A stretch of DNA of 50,992 nucleotides from contig CAMVDK010000001.1 in the NCBI GenBank assembly GCA_947166165.1, positions 1-50,992 of the forward strand. Reading direction: 5' to 3'. The position numbers and the translations under genes were made by a program. The DNA comes from an uncultured Porphyromonadaceae bacterium. GTDB lineage: Bacteria > Bacteroidota > Bacteroidia > Bacteroidales > Muribaculaceae. How positions within the stretch are numbered: the stretch's first letter is position 1; each line of letters opens with the position of its first letter. Positions 19,816 through 28,989 of this stretch are shown piece after piece. The notes under the pieces are model-generated. The model was given only the letters and a program-made list of their open reading frames with translations. It made no database searches and was not told the DNA's origin.

Positions 19816-21006
19816 TCACTTGATGGCATGGTTGCCCTGCATGGCGATGGCGTAGAGCTCGCAGCCGCGGGTGATGGTGGGCTCGATTTTCGAGAACAGG
19901 TTGACGATAGCCTTGGCGATGAGATTGGCGAAGAACTTGGCTGGCGAGAAGTCGAAGTGGTCGCACAAGAGTCCGAAGATGATGGCCACGACGATGCCGA
20001 CGATTGCAGCCACGATGGTTGCCGGTCCGGCGAGGACGCCCGCCGCCACGAGTCCGAGCACGACGAGCTCGGCCAGCAGTCCTCCAATCAGCGCGTCGGC
20101 CAGAGCGGCGAGGTTGGTCTCGAACCGCGACCACCACACGTTGTCGATAGGCTGGCCGGTGAGCAGCAGGTAGGCCAGGATGCACAGGTCGCCAATCACG
20201 TCTTTGAGTATCCATATCCACTTGACGGGCTTGGCGAGGCCTTTGGCAATAGAGCCAGCCTTGGTCTTCATGAAGTTGTCGACTTTTTTCTGGAAATCGT
20301 ACTTCGAGAGCCAGGTCTCGAATCGCTTGCCGACGGGCAGCGCCTCGTTCACCTTGCGGGTGTGCACACCCTTGAGGGCCCGCTCCTGGTGCATGTGCTG
20401 GACGCCGTTGGCGTAGACCGTCTCTTCGGCAGCCAATGCCTGCCATTTCTGGAAGCTCGTCTTGATGGCTTCCATCTTGGGGTTGATGCGCACGGTGTAC
20501 CATTTGATGACATCGTTGGGACTCTTGGTGCGCAGGTCGCGCAGGAGTTTGAGTTCGCTGACCACGCCTATGATGAGGTCCTTTGTGGGGTCGATGATGT
20601 AGGTGGTGAGCCAACCAGGCAGAATGGTGGTGCTGCCGGTGTAGGCCGGCTCGGCGGTGAGCATCTGCTGGTAGGCTTTGGGGTCGGCGGGGGTGGCGGT
20701 GGGCGCGGAGCGCTTCAGGATCTTTGGCGCGGCGCACATGGAGGGCAGGTTGCGGTAGGCGCGGTCCACCTCCCGTATCACCGTGTCGGAGAGCACGGGC
20801 AGCCCCATGCCGTCGCTGGTGAGCGACGCTTGCCGGTTCCAGCTCACGAACAGCTTGATCACCGCGGCGGTCTTCTTGCCGTAGATGCCGTCGGGGGTCA
20901 GCGAAGGCCAGTTCAGGTTGCGCACGCCGCTGATGGTGTTGAGCTTGTACTGCACCTCCTTGACGCGCGTGTCGAATTTGTTGTGGTTTGAAACTTTGAT
21001 GTCCAT
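19816..21006 (-). CDS. Hypothetical protein: N-terminal peptidoglycan-binding-like domain plus C-terminal hydrophobic helices
   Basis: VKEVQYKLN...LTPDGIYGKKTAAVIKLF resembles PG_binding_1; C-terminal ALADALIGGLLAELVVLGLVAAGVLAGPATIVAAIVGIVVAIIFGLLC. Start 21006. Confidence 0.6.
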   Translation of the reverse strand: MDIKVSNHNKFDTRVKEVQYKLNTISGVRNLNWPSLTPDGIYGKKTAAVIKLFVSWNRQASLTSDGMGLPVLSDTVIREVDRAYRNLPSMCAAPKILKRSAPTATPADPKAYQQMLTAEPAYTGSTTILPGWLTTYIIDPTKDLIIGVVSELKLLRDLRTKSPNDVIKWYTVRINPKMEAIKTSFQKWQALAAEETVYANGVQHMHQERALKGVHTRKVNEALPVGKRFETWLSKYDFQKKVDNFMKTKAGSIAKGLAKPVKWIWILKDVIGDLCILAYLLLTGQPIDNVWWSRFETNLAALADALIGGLLAELVVLGLVAAGVLAGPATIVAAIVGIVVAIIFGLLCDHFDFSPAKFFANLIAKAIVNLFSKIEPTITRGCELYAIAMQGNHAIK

Positions 21007-21032
21007 GGTGTGGGGGGGTGTGGGTGGAAACG

Positions 21033-22859
21033 TCAGGGGTTGGTGTCGTCGAGGTTGACAAGTTTCACGGCCACGGGCATGGTCAGGCACGATTTGCGGT
21101 CGATGCGCTGCTGGAGCAGGGTGTCGAGTGAGATGCGTGTGGCCTGGTCGAAGTTCTTGCGGTCTTTGAACTCGATGTCGATGTAGAGCCCGCGTTGCAG
21201 CCCTTGTCCTCCCTCGGCACCGGCGACGTTGATTTTCACGAAGATGCGCTTGAACTCCTCGCGCCCGAAGTAGGCCATGATTTCCTTGCGCAGGAAGGCG
21301 TCGATGTCCATGCGGGTGAACAGCCGGTCGGCGGTCAGGGTGTGGTAGCGCAGCAGCTCGTAGCGCTGGTCGGGCGAGGCCTTGTCGCGTCCGCCCATGG
21401 CTCCCACCACCACTTCGGCGCTGCGCTCGAGCGAGGCGTTGTGCTGGCACTCCATGAGCATGCCGGCCTCGATGGCGTTGGCGGCGGCTCCCTGTGTGGT
21501 GAGGAAGGCCACGCGCACCGAGCTCGAGCCGCTGTTGGTGGCGTCTTCGACAGCGATGTTCTTCATGGCGAAGGTGCCGCTGTCGTAGTTGTAGCGCCGG
21601 TTGGTGCCTTTGACGGCCTTTCCGAGCGCGGTGATGGTGGAGCGCAGCGAGCGAATGGTCTCGCCGTCCTTGATGCCATTGTAGTCGATAAAGGCGTAGT
21701 AGTCGTCGACGAAGCGGTTGTAGAGCATGCGCACGTCGCGGAACAGGTCGCCGTTGTTGTAGACGGCGGCGTCGAAGTCGCGCACGATGAAGTCGCGGTC
21801 GTTGGCGGGGAATCCTTGCCGCTGGGCGTCGTTGCTCTGCTCCACCACGTTGAGGAAGAAGGCGTCGTCGTGCTTCTGCAGCTTGGCGATGGGTGCCGAG
21901 GGGGTGAGCGTGACCGTGTTCAGGTCCACATTGGCGACGGGCACCACGTTGAGCTCCACGCGGCAGGCGTCGGGCACGTCGAAGCCCTCGGGGAAGTCGA
22001 GCCGGAGCCAGAGCGAGTTGCCCTTGAAGTGGTCGAGCTGGTGGCTCTCGAGCCAGTGCTCAAAGGCGTGGGGATAGGGCCTGGGCTTGAACAGGTCGCG
22101 GTCGGTGACCGGGTCGGTGATGTAGAGCAGGCAGGCGTTGTTCATGTCGAGCAGCTGCTCTTTCCAGGCCTCGACGTAGGCAAAGAACCGTCCGGAGGCC
22201 TGCTGGGCGTCGAAGGGTTCGAGCATGTCGATGTCCTCGAGGCGTTGCATGGTGGCGAAAGCGAGCTGCTGCTTTCCGCTGCCCACCACGATGCGCGCCG
22301 GGGCCACACCGCGCGTGCCGCGCACCAGCAGGCTCAGTCCGCGCAGGCACTCCACTTCGGCGGTGGTGGTGATGCCCACGTAGAGCTGGCTCGCGTTGGG
22401 CATGTCGATGTCGATCACCTCGCCCTGGTGCCGCAGGCAGCGCTTGCCCAGGGTGTAGAGGTCGGTGTGGGCCACGAGCTGCGTGGCGAAGATGGGGGCG
22501 AAGTTGAGCGCCGGCAGGGCGGGTGTATGCTTGGGGTCGGCCTTGGTCTTGAAGGTGGTGTCGGCGCCCAGTGTCACCAGCTCGTTGCCCGGGCGCTGCT
22601 TCACCTTGGCCTCGACCAGGGCGATGGCGGGCATGGCCTCGATGCTCTGCCGGGGGACGAAGTCGTCGGCAAAGCGCTGGGCGATGCGCTCGCTGGCACC
22701 GTCGGCAAAGTCGCTGATTTTCTGGCACTCGTGAAGCAGGGCCACGAGCATCATGCGCTGCACGGGGTCGAGCTGGCTGTAGTCGGCGGGTTGCCCGCCG
22801 GTGAGCTGTCGGGCCTGCTCGAGGGCTTCGTTGAGGCGTTTTTCTAGTTCAATGTCCAT
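21033..22859 (-). CDS. tssF: T6SS-iii baseplate protein TssF (divergent)
   Basis: About 608 aa, N-terminal LDPVQRMMLVALL, LWLRLDFP...LNVVPVAN, AMGGRD...LRYHTLTADRLFTRMDI; follows tssG-tssK-tssE. Confidence 0.75.
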   Translation of the reverse strand: MDIELEKRLNEALEQARQLTGGQPADYSQLDPVQRMMLVALLHECQKISDFADGASERIAQRFADDFVPRQSIEAMPAIALVEAKVKQRPGNELVTLGADTTFKTKADPKHTPALPALNFAPIFATQLVAHTDLYTLGKRCLRHQGEVIDIDMPNASQLYVGITTTAEVECLRGLSLLVRGTRGVAPARIVVGSGKQQLAFATMQRLEDIDMLEPFDAQQASGRFFAYVEAWKEQLLDMNNACLLYITDPVTDRDLFKPRPYPHAFEHWLESHQLDHFKGNSLWLRLDFPEGFDVPDACRVELNVVPVANVDLNTVTLTPSAPIAKLQKHDDAFFLNVVEQSNDAQRQGFPANDRDFIVRDFDAAVYNNGDLFRDVRMLYNRFVDDYYAFIDYNGIKDGETIRSLRSTITALGKAVKGTNRRYNYDSGTFAMKNIAVEDATNSGSSSVRVAFLTTQGAAANAIEAGMLMECQHNASLERSAEVVVGAMGGRDKASPDQRYELLRYHTLTADRLFTRMDIDAFLRKEIMAYFGREEFKRIFVKINVAGAEGGQGLQRGLYIDIEFKDRKNFDQATRISLDTLLQQRIDRKSCLTMPVAVKLVNLDDTNP

Positions 22860-22870
22860 GATTGCGGGTT

Positions 22871-23401
22871 CTATGCGTTGGAACGTCGTTTGAGCGTGGG
22901 CTCGACCATGAAGGTGACCACCTTCCGGTAGTCGAGGCTGTCGATGCCGTCCTTGATGCGCCCGGTGACCACCACGTTGACCATGTATTTCGAGTTCACC
23001 CTTCGGTAGCGCTTGCTGGCCACGGGCACGGCGAGTTCGATGCTGGTGTTCACGTCGAGCAGCATGGGTGCGTAGGCGCGCAGGCTGTTGGTCACGCTCT
23101 GCTGGCACTGCTGGCGGGTGATTTCGTCGTTGATGCTGCACTGCTGCCCGTTGTTGAAGTCGCGGTGGCTGACGTTGGAGAACTCGTGGCTCCAGTACTC
23201 GAACCCGAAGTCGGGGTCGGCGGCAAATCCGCCGCGCGGGGTGAAGACAACGAGTTCGACCATGTTGTCGACCACGGCCACGGTGTCGCGCAGCTCACGT
23301 TTCAGCTCTAGCGGCTGCACGACTTCGGTCACGTTGCGGTGCAGCTCGGTGGAGAGGTAGGTGCGCTCCACGTAGCCCAGGGGGGTGCTGAGGTAGGTCA
23401 T
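22871..23401 (-). CDS. tssE: T6SS baseplate TssE / gp25-like protein
   Basis: DNMVELVVFTPRGGFAADPDFGFEYW...VTNSLRAYAPML is the GPW/gp25 pattern; directly before tssF. Confidence 0.7.
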   Translation of the reverse strand: MTYLSTPLGYVERTYLSTELHRNVTEVVQPLELKRELRDTVAVVDNMVELVVFTPRGGFAADPDFGFEYWSHEFSNVSHRDFNNGQQCSINDEITRQQCQQSVTNSLRAYAPMLLDVNTSIELAVPVASKRYRRVNSKYMVNVVVTGRIKDGIDSLDYRKVVTFMVEPTLKRRSNA

Positions 23402-23417
23402 TGTCAACGAATGGGCG

Positions 23418-24410
23418 TCAGACGGTGAGGATGCGGATGCTGTCGGGTTTTGCCGGTGGTGGCGTGGGCGCGGGCTTGGGCTCAGGACGGCGCGGCGGAG
23501 CAGGCTGGGGCGCGGGCTCGGCGGCCGGGAAGGCGTCGATGCGCTCGGCGATGGCGGCGCACAGGCTCAGTCCCTGGATGATGAGTTGCCGCACGTTCTG
23601 CTCCGAATAGGGGGCGTAGGCATAGTTGAGCCAGTCGCCGGCCTCACTGAGCGCGATGTGGTGGCTCACCTGGCATGCGCCCACGAAGGTGCCCACGCAT
23701 TGCTGCACGAGTCCCAGCAGTTGCATGGGTGTGAGGGTGTCGCGCTGCTTGTCGGCGGTGATGCGCAGCGTCCGCAAGTGCGGCAGCAGCAGGGCAATCA
23801 CGTCGCGTCCGGCGCTGTCGAGCTGAGCCAGGGCGCTTCTCTCGATGGCGGCGAGCTGGTTGAGCAACTGCTCGAGCAGCTGCACGAAGGCGGGGTGCGA
23901 CGACACGAACAGGCACGGAGGCACGAAGTCGATGTCGTCGACCTGCCACGACACGTTGTGCACCAGCCGCGCCACGGGCAGCGCGTTGCCGGGCAGCGCG
24001 GAGTCGGCCCGCTGGAGCTGCAGCCGGTAGGCGGGTTCGCAGCAGCCGTCGTTGGTGGGACGCAACTCGCCGTCGGGCACGGCGATGGTGAGCAGATAGG
24101 GCTGACCGGAATCTTCTTTCGGCAGCGGCACGCGGGTGTCGAAGTTGCTGGTGAAGCGCGAGTCCCAGCTCACCTCCACAAGGTGGCCGCCGCGCGTCAG
24201 GCCCAGGCACTCCATGCTCTCGACCTCGGCGAAGTCGGTGCTGATGTTCACGCTCACCTTGAAGGGTCGCAGGCCGGGAAAGAGACCGAAGCGTCCGGCG
24301 GCGGCCAGCGCCAGGGCTTGGCCGATGTGGGCGGCGGTGTGGGCGTCGGCGTGGCGGAAAATCTCTTCGCTGAGCCGCATGCCCTTTTTCCAGTTGATTG
24401 TTTTAGGCAT
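23418..24410 (-). CDS. tssK: T6SS-iii baseplate protein TssK
   Basis: N-terminal INWKKGMRLSEEIF, ECLGLTRGGHLVEV, FVPPCLFVSSHP; Pro-rich tail. Confidence 0.78.
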   Translation of the reverse strand: MPKTINWKKGMRLSEEIFRHADAHTAAHIGQALALAAAGRFGLFPGLRPFKVSVNISTDFAEVESMECLGLTRGGHLVEVSWDSRFTSNFDTRVPLPKEDSGQPYLLTIAVPDGELRPTNDGCCEPAYRLQLQRADSALPGNALPVARLVHNVSWQVDDIDFVPPCLFVSSHPAFVQLLEQLLNQLAAIERSALAQLDSAGRDVIALLLPHLRTLRITADKQRDTLTPMQLLGLVQQCVGTFVGACQVSHHIALSEAGDWLNYAYAPYSEQNVRQLIIQGLSLCAAIAERIDAFPAAEPAPQPAPPRRPEPKPAPTPPPAKPDSIRILTV

Positions 24411-24476
24411 ATCGGAGATGTTTTTTTAAATTCGTGATGCGGATGCAGGGGGTGCCGCGGCGAGGCTGACACAGGC

Positions 24477-25364
24477 TCAAAGGTTGGTGTTGTAGGCCAG
24501 GAAATTGTGGCGTTCGGTGTCGTTGAGCCTGACGGCGGGCGCGCCGTCGGTCCAGATGTCGAACACGAGCTGCTGCTCGATGCCCAGGAACCAGTCCTGC
24601 ACGAATTGTCGCATGCGCTCGAGCTCGTCGACGGTGTCGAGAAAATGCTCGTCGCAGAGGTCGTCGCTCCAGTAGTGGATGGAGAACACGGTGGCGGAGT
24701 AGTCGAAGTCGTTGCCGGCGAAGCACTCGTCGAGCGCGTCGCCCATGCTGCACGGGTAGCGCGGCTCGGGGTCGTGGTGGGTGAGCGTGCGCTGGTCGAC
24801 GCGCAGGGTGAGTCCCTCGTCGGCGAGCACCTTGCGGAGCATGAGCGTGAGCAGCGTGCGGTTGCCGCGTATGCGTCGGCAGGCGGGCAGGAAGGGCAGC
24901 AGCGCGGCTATGAAGCGGTTGGCGCGTTGCTCGTCGGTGAGCCGGTCGCCGATGATGTGCTGGAGCACGGTGTTGCCGTGGCGGGTGTGCCGCTCGATGC
25001 GCTGCCTGATGTCGGTGCGCAGCAGCAGGAGCAGGGCGTCGAAGGGCGCGAAGAATTGCAGCGCGTGCTCCACTTCCAGCTTCTGACGGTCTACCTCGTT
25101 GGTGAAGGCGTTCTCGTCGCGCGACTCGTCGAGGCCGGCAAAGCGGTCCACGGTGTGGAACATGTATTCGGGCAGCGCGTCGTAGAGGCTGGCGCGCGCC
25201 AGGAGCAGCGTGGCGGCCTGCGGGTCGTGGGGGTCGTGCTCGATGGCCGCCACGTCGCCGGTGGCGTTGCGCTGGTGGGTGCTGGTGTGGCGCACCTGCA
25301 GCCGCATCCCGCAGTCGTGGGTCAGCAGCAGTTCGGCGTTGATGTCGTCGGGCAAATGCTTCAT
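24477..25364 (-). CDS. tssG: T6SS-iii baseplate protein TssG
   Basis: LARASLYDALPEYMFH and ALQFFAPFD match the Bacteroidota TssG pattern (RxxxYDxLPExxFH; FFxPFE). Confidence 0.78.
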   Translation of the reverse strand: MKHLPDDINAELLLTHDCGMRLQVRHTSTHQRNATGDVAAIEHDPHDPQAATLLLARASLYDALPEYMFHTVDRFAGLDESRDENAFTNEVDRQKLEVEHALQFFAPFDALLLLLRTDIRQRIERHTRHGNTVLQHIIGDRLTDEQRANRFIAALLPFLPACRRIRGNRTLLTLMLRKVLADEGLTLRVDQRTLTHHDPEPRYPCSMGDALDECFAGNDFDYSATVFSIHYWSDDLCDEHFLDTVDELERMRQFVQDWFLGIEQQLVFDIWTDGAPAVRLNDTERHNFLAYNTNL

Positions 25365-25389
25365 GGGGCGAGGGGTGGGTTGACGGCGG

Positions 25390-26580
25390 CTACGTCAGGT
25401 CGCCGGTGAGCTCGACGAAGAACTGCCCGCGGTCGGTGGTCACCTGCAGCACGTCGAGGGGCGGGATGCCCACTTGCTGCAGCGTGAGGTCGCCGTAGGG
25501 GAAGTCGTAGTCGAGGTTCTCGTAGAAGTGCTTGTGGAAGAGCGTGCGGTAGCTGAGCTGCCGCAGCTCGCGGTCGGAACTGATGTGGTGGTCGAGTCGC
25601 GACTCGGGGATCATCACGCGGAATTCGCGCTCGGGGTTGTCGCAGGCGATGAAGTCGATAAACTTGTTGTTGCACATGTTGATTTCCACCGCCTTGACGC
25701 CGAGTTCCTGCCGGAGCACATCGAGCGCGCGGGTCACGGTGAGCGAGGCTTTGAGCCTGGGGCACTCGCGCACGGGCTCCCAGCGCCGGTGTGCCGGGCA
25801 GTTGCTCTTCCAGGAGGCGAAGTTGTAGACCTTGGTGGTGCAGTTCATGCCCTCGTAGCGGAGCATCTTGCCGGTGAGCGATTTGAACGGTGTGGGCTCG
25901 CCGGACTCCTGGTGGATCACCTTGAGTGCCTCCTGCACCTGCATGGCACCGATGATGGATGCGCTCACGGGCGTGGTGGCCACCCGTCCGGCGCTGGACT
26001 GTGTGCGCACCACGTCGGCGCAGCCCGTGCGCAGCATGATGTGGTTGAACTCCTCGCGCGAGAGTCCGCATTCGTAGCAGTTCACCCCGGGCGCGTAGAC
26101 GCGCACCACGCCGGTCAGGTTCTCGATGCTGCCGTCCACCCAGGTCTTCCCGGCGCGCATGCACAGGCGGTTGAGCTGGTAGCGCGCCAGCCGGCTGTCG
26201 AGGCAGCCAATCACCACATCGGCGCGGCGGTAGATTCCGAACCCCACCTCCGAGAACAGATTGCCCACGATGGCGTCGACGCGGATTTGCGGGTTGATTT
26301 CCATGGCGCGCTCGGCCACCACCTGCGCCTTGTAGGCATGGCTGAAGGCGTCCTGCTCGCGGAAGAGCACCGAGCGCGTGAGGTTCGACACCTCGATGCG
26401 GTCGAAGTCGACCACGGTGATGTGCCCCACGCCGAAGAGGGCCAGGTTCTTCACCACCTCGTTGCCCAGCGCTCCGGCGCCGGCTACAAGCACGTGGGCG
26501 TTCTTCACGCGGTCCTGCTTGAACCACGAGAGCAGGGTGTAGACCCCCTCGCCCCATTCATATTTACGTTCGTCGGCCAT
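25390..26580 (-). CDS. E1-like ubiquitin-activating enzyme (ThiF/MoeB/E1 family)
   Basis: VAGAGALGNEV, DFDRIEVSNLTRSVLF, GCLDSRLAR, CYEC, candidate catalytic Cys in RTGC, CPAH, C-terminal extension ending LTLQQVGIPPLDVLQV. Confidence 0.9.
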   Translation of the reverse strand: MADERKYEWGEGVYTLLSWFKQDRVKNAHVLVAGAGALGNEVVKNLALFGVGHITVVDFDRIEVSNLTRSVLFREQDAFSHAYKAQVVAERAMEINPQIRVDAIVGNLFSEVGFGIYRRADVVIGCLDSRLARYQLNRLCMRAGKTWVDGSIENLTGVVRVYAPGVNCYECGLSREEFNHIMLRTGCADVVRTQSSAGRVATTPVSASIIGAMQVQEALKVIHQESGEPTPFKSLTGKMLRYEGMNCTTKVYNFASWKSNCPAHRRWEPVRECPRLKASLTVTRALDVLRQELGVKAVEINMCNNKFIDFIACDNPEREFRVMIPESRLDHHISSDRELRQLSYRTLFHKHFYENLDYDFPYGDLTLQQVGIPPLDVLQVTTDRGQFFVELTGDLT

Positions 26581-26586
26581 AATGCG

Positions 26587-28989
26587 TCAGTCTTTTTCGA
26601 TGTAAAGGAACACGGTGTCGCCAATCTGGAAGGAGTCGCCGTTGGCGAGCACATGCTCGCCATTAACTGGCAGCTCGTTGCGCTGGTTGAACATCACGCC
26701 GGTGGCCAGCGGCTTGATTATGGGCAACTTGCGCGTCTGCTCGATGTAGAGCTGCGCGTGCTCCTTGGCCACCTTGTTGCTCACCTCCCAGTTCATCTGG
26801 ATTTCGCAGTCGCCAATCATGCCTATGGTCACCATGCGTCCGCCACCGGTGGCGTTCATCCACTTGTGAATGGGAATCTCGGTGCCCTGCTTGGAGCCGT
26901 TCTGGATGACGAGGAAGTAGCGCTCGGCCATCATGCGCACGGTGGCAATCGAGGCTCCGAGCCCGCCGCCGTAGATGATGAAGTTGAGCAGCATGGTCAT
27001 CCAGGGGCTCTGCGAGCTGGAGAATCCCGAGAACATGAGCACGATGAATCCGATCACGGCTGCAGCGAGTCCGCCGAGCAGCGCGCTCTTCAGAGGGATG
27101 GAGCTGCCTATGCACAGGCTGAGCGAGAAGCACACCGAGAAGAGCAGGTAGGCGGGCAGCGAGCAGTACCAGGGAATCACGGTGCCGTTGAGCGCGCCCA
27201 CCCACAGGCTGAACAGCCATCCGCCCAGGGCGAAGGCCGCCATGCCTATCAGCGCCGAGAGCAGCGACAGGCCCACGATTTTGAGCACAATCAGGGCGTT
27301 CTTCTGCCGGTACTCGTCGTTGTAGCGGAAGATGAACGAGAGGAAAAATCCCAGCAGCAGTCCTATGGCCAGAAACGCGGCCACCTTGGTGACGCACTCG
27401 TTCCACACGGGGCTGGAGCCGTCGAGGGCGGCGCCCACAATCCGCTTGGCCATCGGCGCGAACAGGTTGCCGCGGCCAATGAGCTCGTACACCACCCAGC
27501 TCACCAGCGCCGCCACGATGCCGGCCAGCGTCTGGCTCACGTCGCGCATCGACTCGCGGGTGAACATCAAGTTCCAGTCCACGTGGGGTTGGATGCCGGT
27601 TTTGCAGCTCTGCCCGTAGTCGGTGCAGTGGAAGCCGTTCTGCTGCCAGCAGTGGATGTGCATCAGGTGGTTGCACTTCTGCACCACCTTCTGTCCGGGC
27701 AGGATGTCTTGCGCGCAGTAGCGGCATATGATGCGGTTCACGCCCGGCTTGGGCACGTAGGGTTTGTAGTATTTCACGGCAAACGACTTCTGCTTGACGA
27801 GCGGAATGATGATTTTGGCCACGATGAAGAAGAAGGCGAAGGTGAGCAGGGCCACGAGCAGGGCCATGAGGTATTTCATCACGGTGCTGCCGCCGTCGTT
27901 GTCTTCGGGCGGGAAGGGGTTCTCGCTGGTGCCGATGGTCATCTCGCCGCTGCCGATGTCGTTGCCCTCCCACGAGGCCAGGTAGCGCACAGTGTTGCCG
28001 TTGTACACCTTGTTGGCCTGCACGGCGTAGATGATGTCGTAGTCGTAGGCGGCGTCGTCGACCGTCTGCTGGAAGTCGGCCATGGCCTGGTTCATGTCGG
28101 TGGTGGAGAAGAACTTGCCCACGCGGCGCTCGTCCACCACCTGCCCGTCGGAGTCCTTGGGTTTTGACACAAACACGAGCGACTCGCGCATCATGTCGTT
28201 CACCTCGCCGGTGTTGTAGAGGAAGGCGTAGACTCTGGGCGCGGCGGCCGAGAACTTGTAGTCGCGGATTTTCAGGAAGTCGGCGTAGTCCTCAAGCACG
28301 GGATACTGGCTTCCGTTGGCAATCACGAAGAGGAAGTTTTTGCCCGGGTTCTTGGCGGCACGGTCGGCAATGGCGGCGTTCTTGGTGTAGCCGCTCTCGA
28401 GCTTGAGGCTGTCGCTGAGGGTGGCCGTCTCGAATTCGAGCAGCTTGGCCAGCATGCCGCTGTAGAAGTAGTTCTCGCTGCTGGGCTTGTTGAGCTTTTC
28501 CTTGAAGGCCGGCAGTGTGGCCTTGGTCACCACTTCGCTGGAAGTGACGGCGTCGCCGTAGAAGGCCAGGTACACACATCCCTCGGGGGCCGAATTCACG
28601 AGTTCCTCGATGGCGGTGTAGATTTTATCCTTGTCGGGGATGTTGAGGTCGACCAGCACCAGGAAGGTGTAGTCTTCGCCGATGCGCTGTCCGCCGCCCT
28701 TTCCCACCGCCTTGACGGTGATGTTTTTGGAGTCGATGCGGTGCTCAAAGTCGTTGATGTCGACCGCGTCTTCGAAGAGGTAGAGCTTGTCGCGCAGCTC
28801 GTTGGGCGCGATGCCGCGAATGGGGTTGCCGCTGGCGTCGAGCAGCTTCACGTGCAGGGCGATGCTGTCGGGCTTCTGCGCGGCAGCAATGGTGGTTTTG
28901 CCGCAGAACTGGATTTGTTTCACTTGCTGCGCCTGCAGGGGCAGCGCCAGGCACAGCAGCAGCCATGCCGCCAGGCAGAGGCGCATCAT
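26587..28989 (-). CDS. Multi-pass membrane protein: exported N-domain, RING-like finger, TM bundle, C-terminal FHA (candidate E3)
   Basis: Signal peptide; TM MKYLMALLVALLTFAFFFIVAKIII; CRYC-x13-CNHLMHIHC-x7-C-x6-C; about 6-7 further TMs; FHA-like VTIG...CEI...VAKEHAQL...LANGDSFQIGDTVF. Start 28989 overlaps the upstream stop (ATGA); alternative start 29007. Confidence 0.75.
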   Translation of the reverse strand: MMRLCLAAWLLLCLALPLQAQQVKQIQFCGKTTIAAAQKPDSIALHVKLLDASGNPIRGIAPNELRDKLYLFEDAVDINDFEHRIDSKNITVKAVGKGGGQRIGEDYTFLVLVDLNIPDKDKIYTAIEELVNSAPEGCVYLAFYGDAVTSSEVVTKATLPAFKEKLNKPSSENYFYSGMLAKLLEFETATLSDSLKLESGYTKNAAIADRAAKNPGKNFLFVIANGSQYPVLEDYADFLKIRDYKFSAAAPRVYAFLYNTGEVNDMMRESLVFVSKPKDSDGQVVDERRVGKFFSTTDMNQAMADFQQTVDDAAYDYDIIYAVQANKVYNGNTVRYLASWEGNDIGSGEMTIGTSENPFPPEDNDGGSTVMKYLMALLVALLTFAFFFIVAKIIIPLVKQKSFAVKYYKPYVPKPGVNRIICRYCAQDILPGQKVVQKCNHLMHIHCWQQNGFHCTDYGQSCKTGIQPHVDWNLMFTRESMRDVSQTLAGIVAALVSWVVYELIGRGNLFAPMAKRIVGAALDGSSPVWNECVTKVAAFLAIGLLLGFFLSFIFRYNDEYRQKNALIVLKIVGLSLLSALIGMAAFALGGWLFSLWVGALNGTVIPWYCSLPAYLLFSVCFSLSLCIGSSIPLKSALLGGLAAAVIGFIVLMFSGFSSSQSPWMTMLLNFIIYGGGLGASIATVRMMAERYFLVIQNGSKQGTEIPIHKWMNATGGGRMVTIGMIGDCEIQMNWEVSNKVAKEHAQLYIEQTRKLPIIKPLATGVMFNQRNELPVNGEHVLANGDSFQIGDTVFLYIEKD

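Noticed and set aside
25390-26580. E1 as a ThiF/MoeB cofactor-biosynthesis enzyme
   Set aside because: No thiamine, molybdopterin or sulfur-relay genes nearby and no rhodanese domain; neighbours are E2, RING, JAMM and Ubl.
25474-28167. 897-aa plus-strand ORF and other long antisense ORFs (e.g. 4769-6565, 7408-9513, 21195-22847, 36340-38415, 49197-50720)
   Set aside because: Each lies opposite a gene with clear family motifs; long stop-free shadow frames are expected at this GC content.
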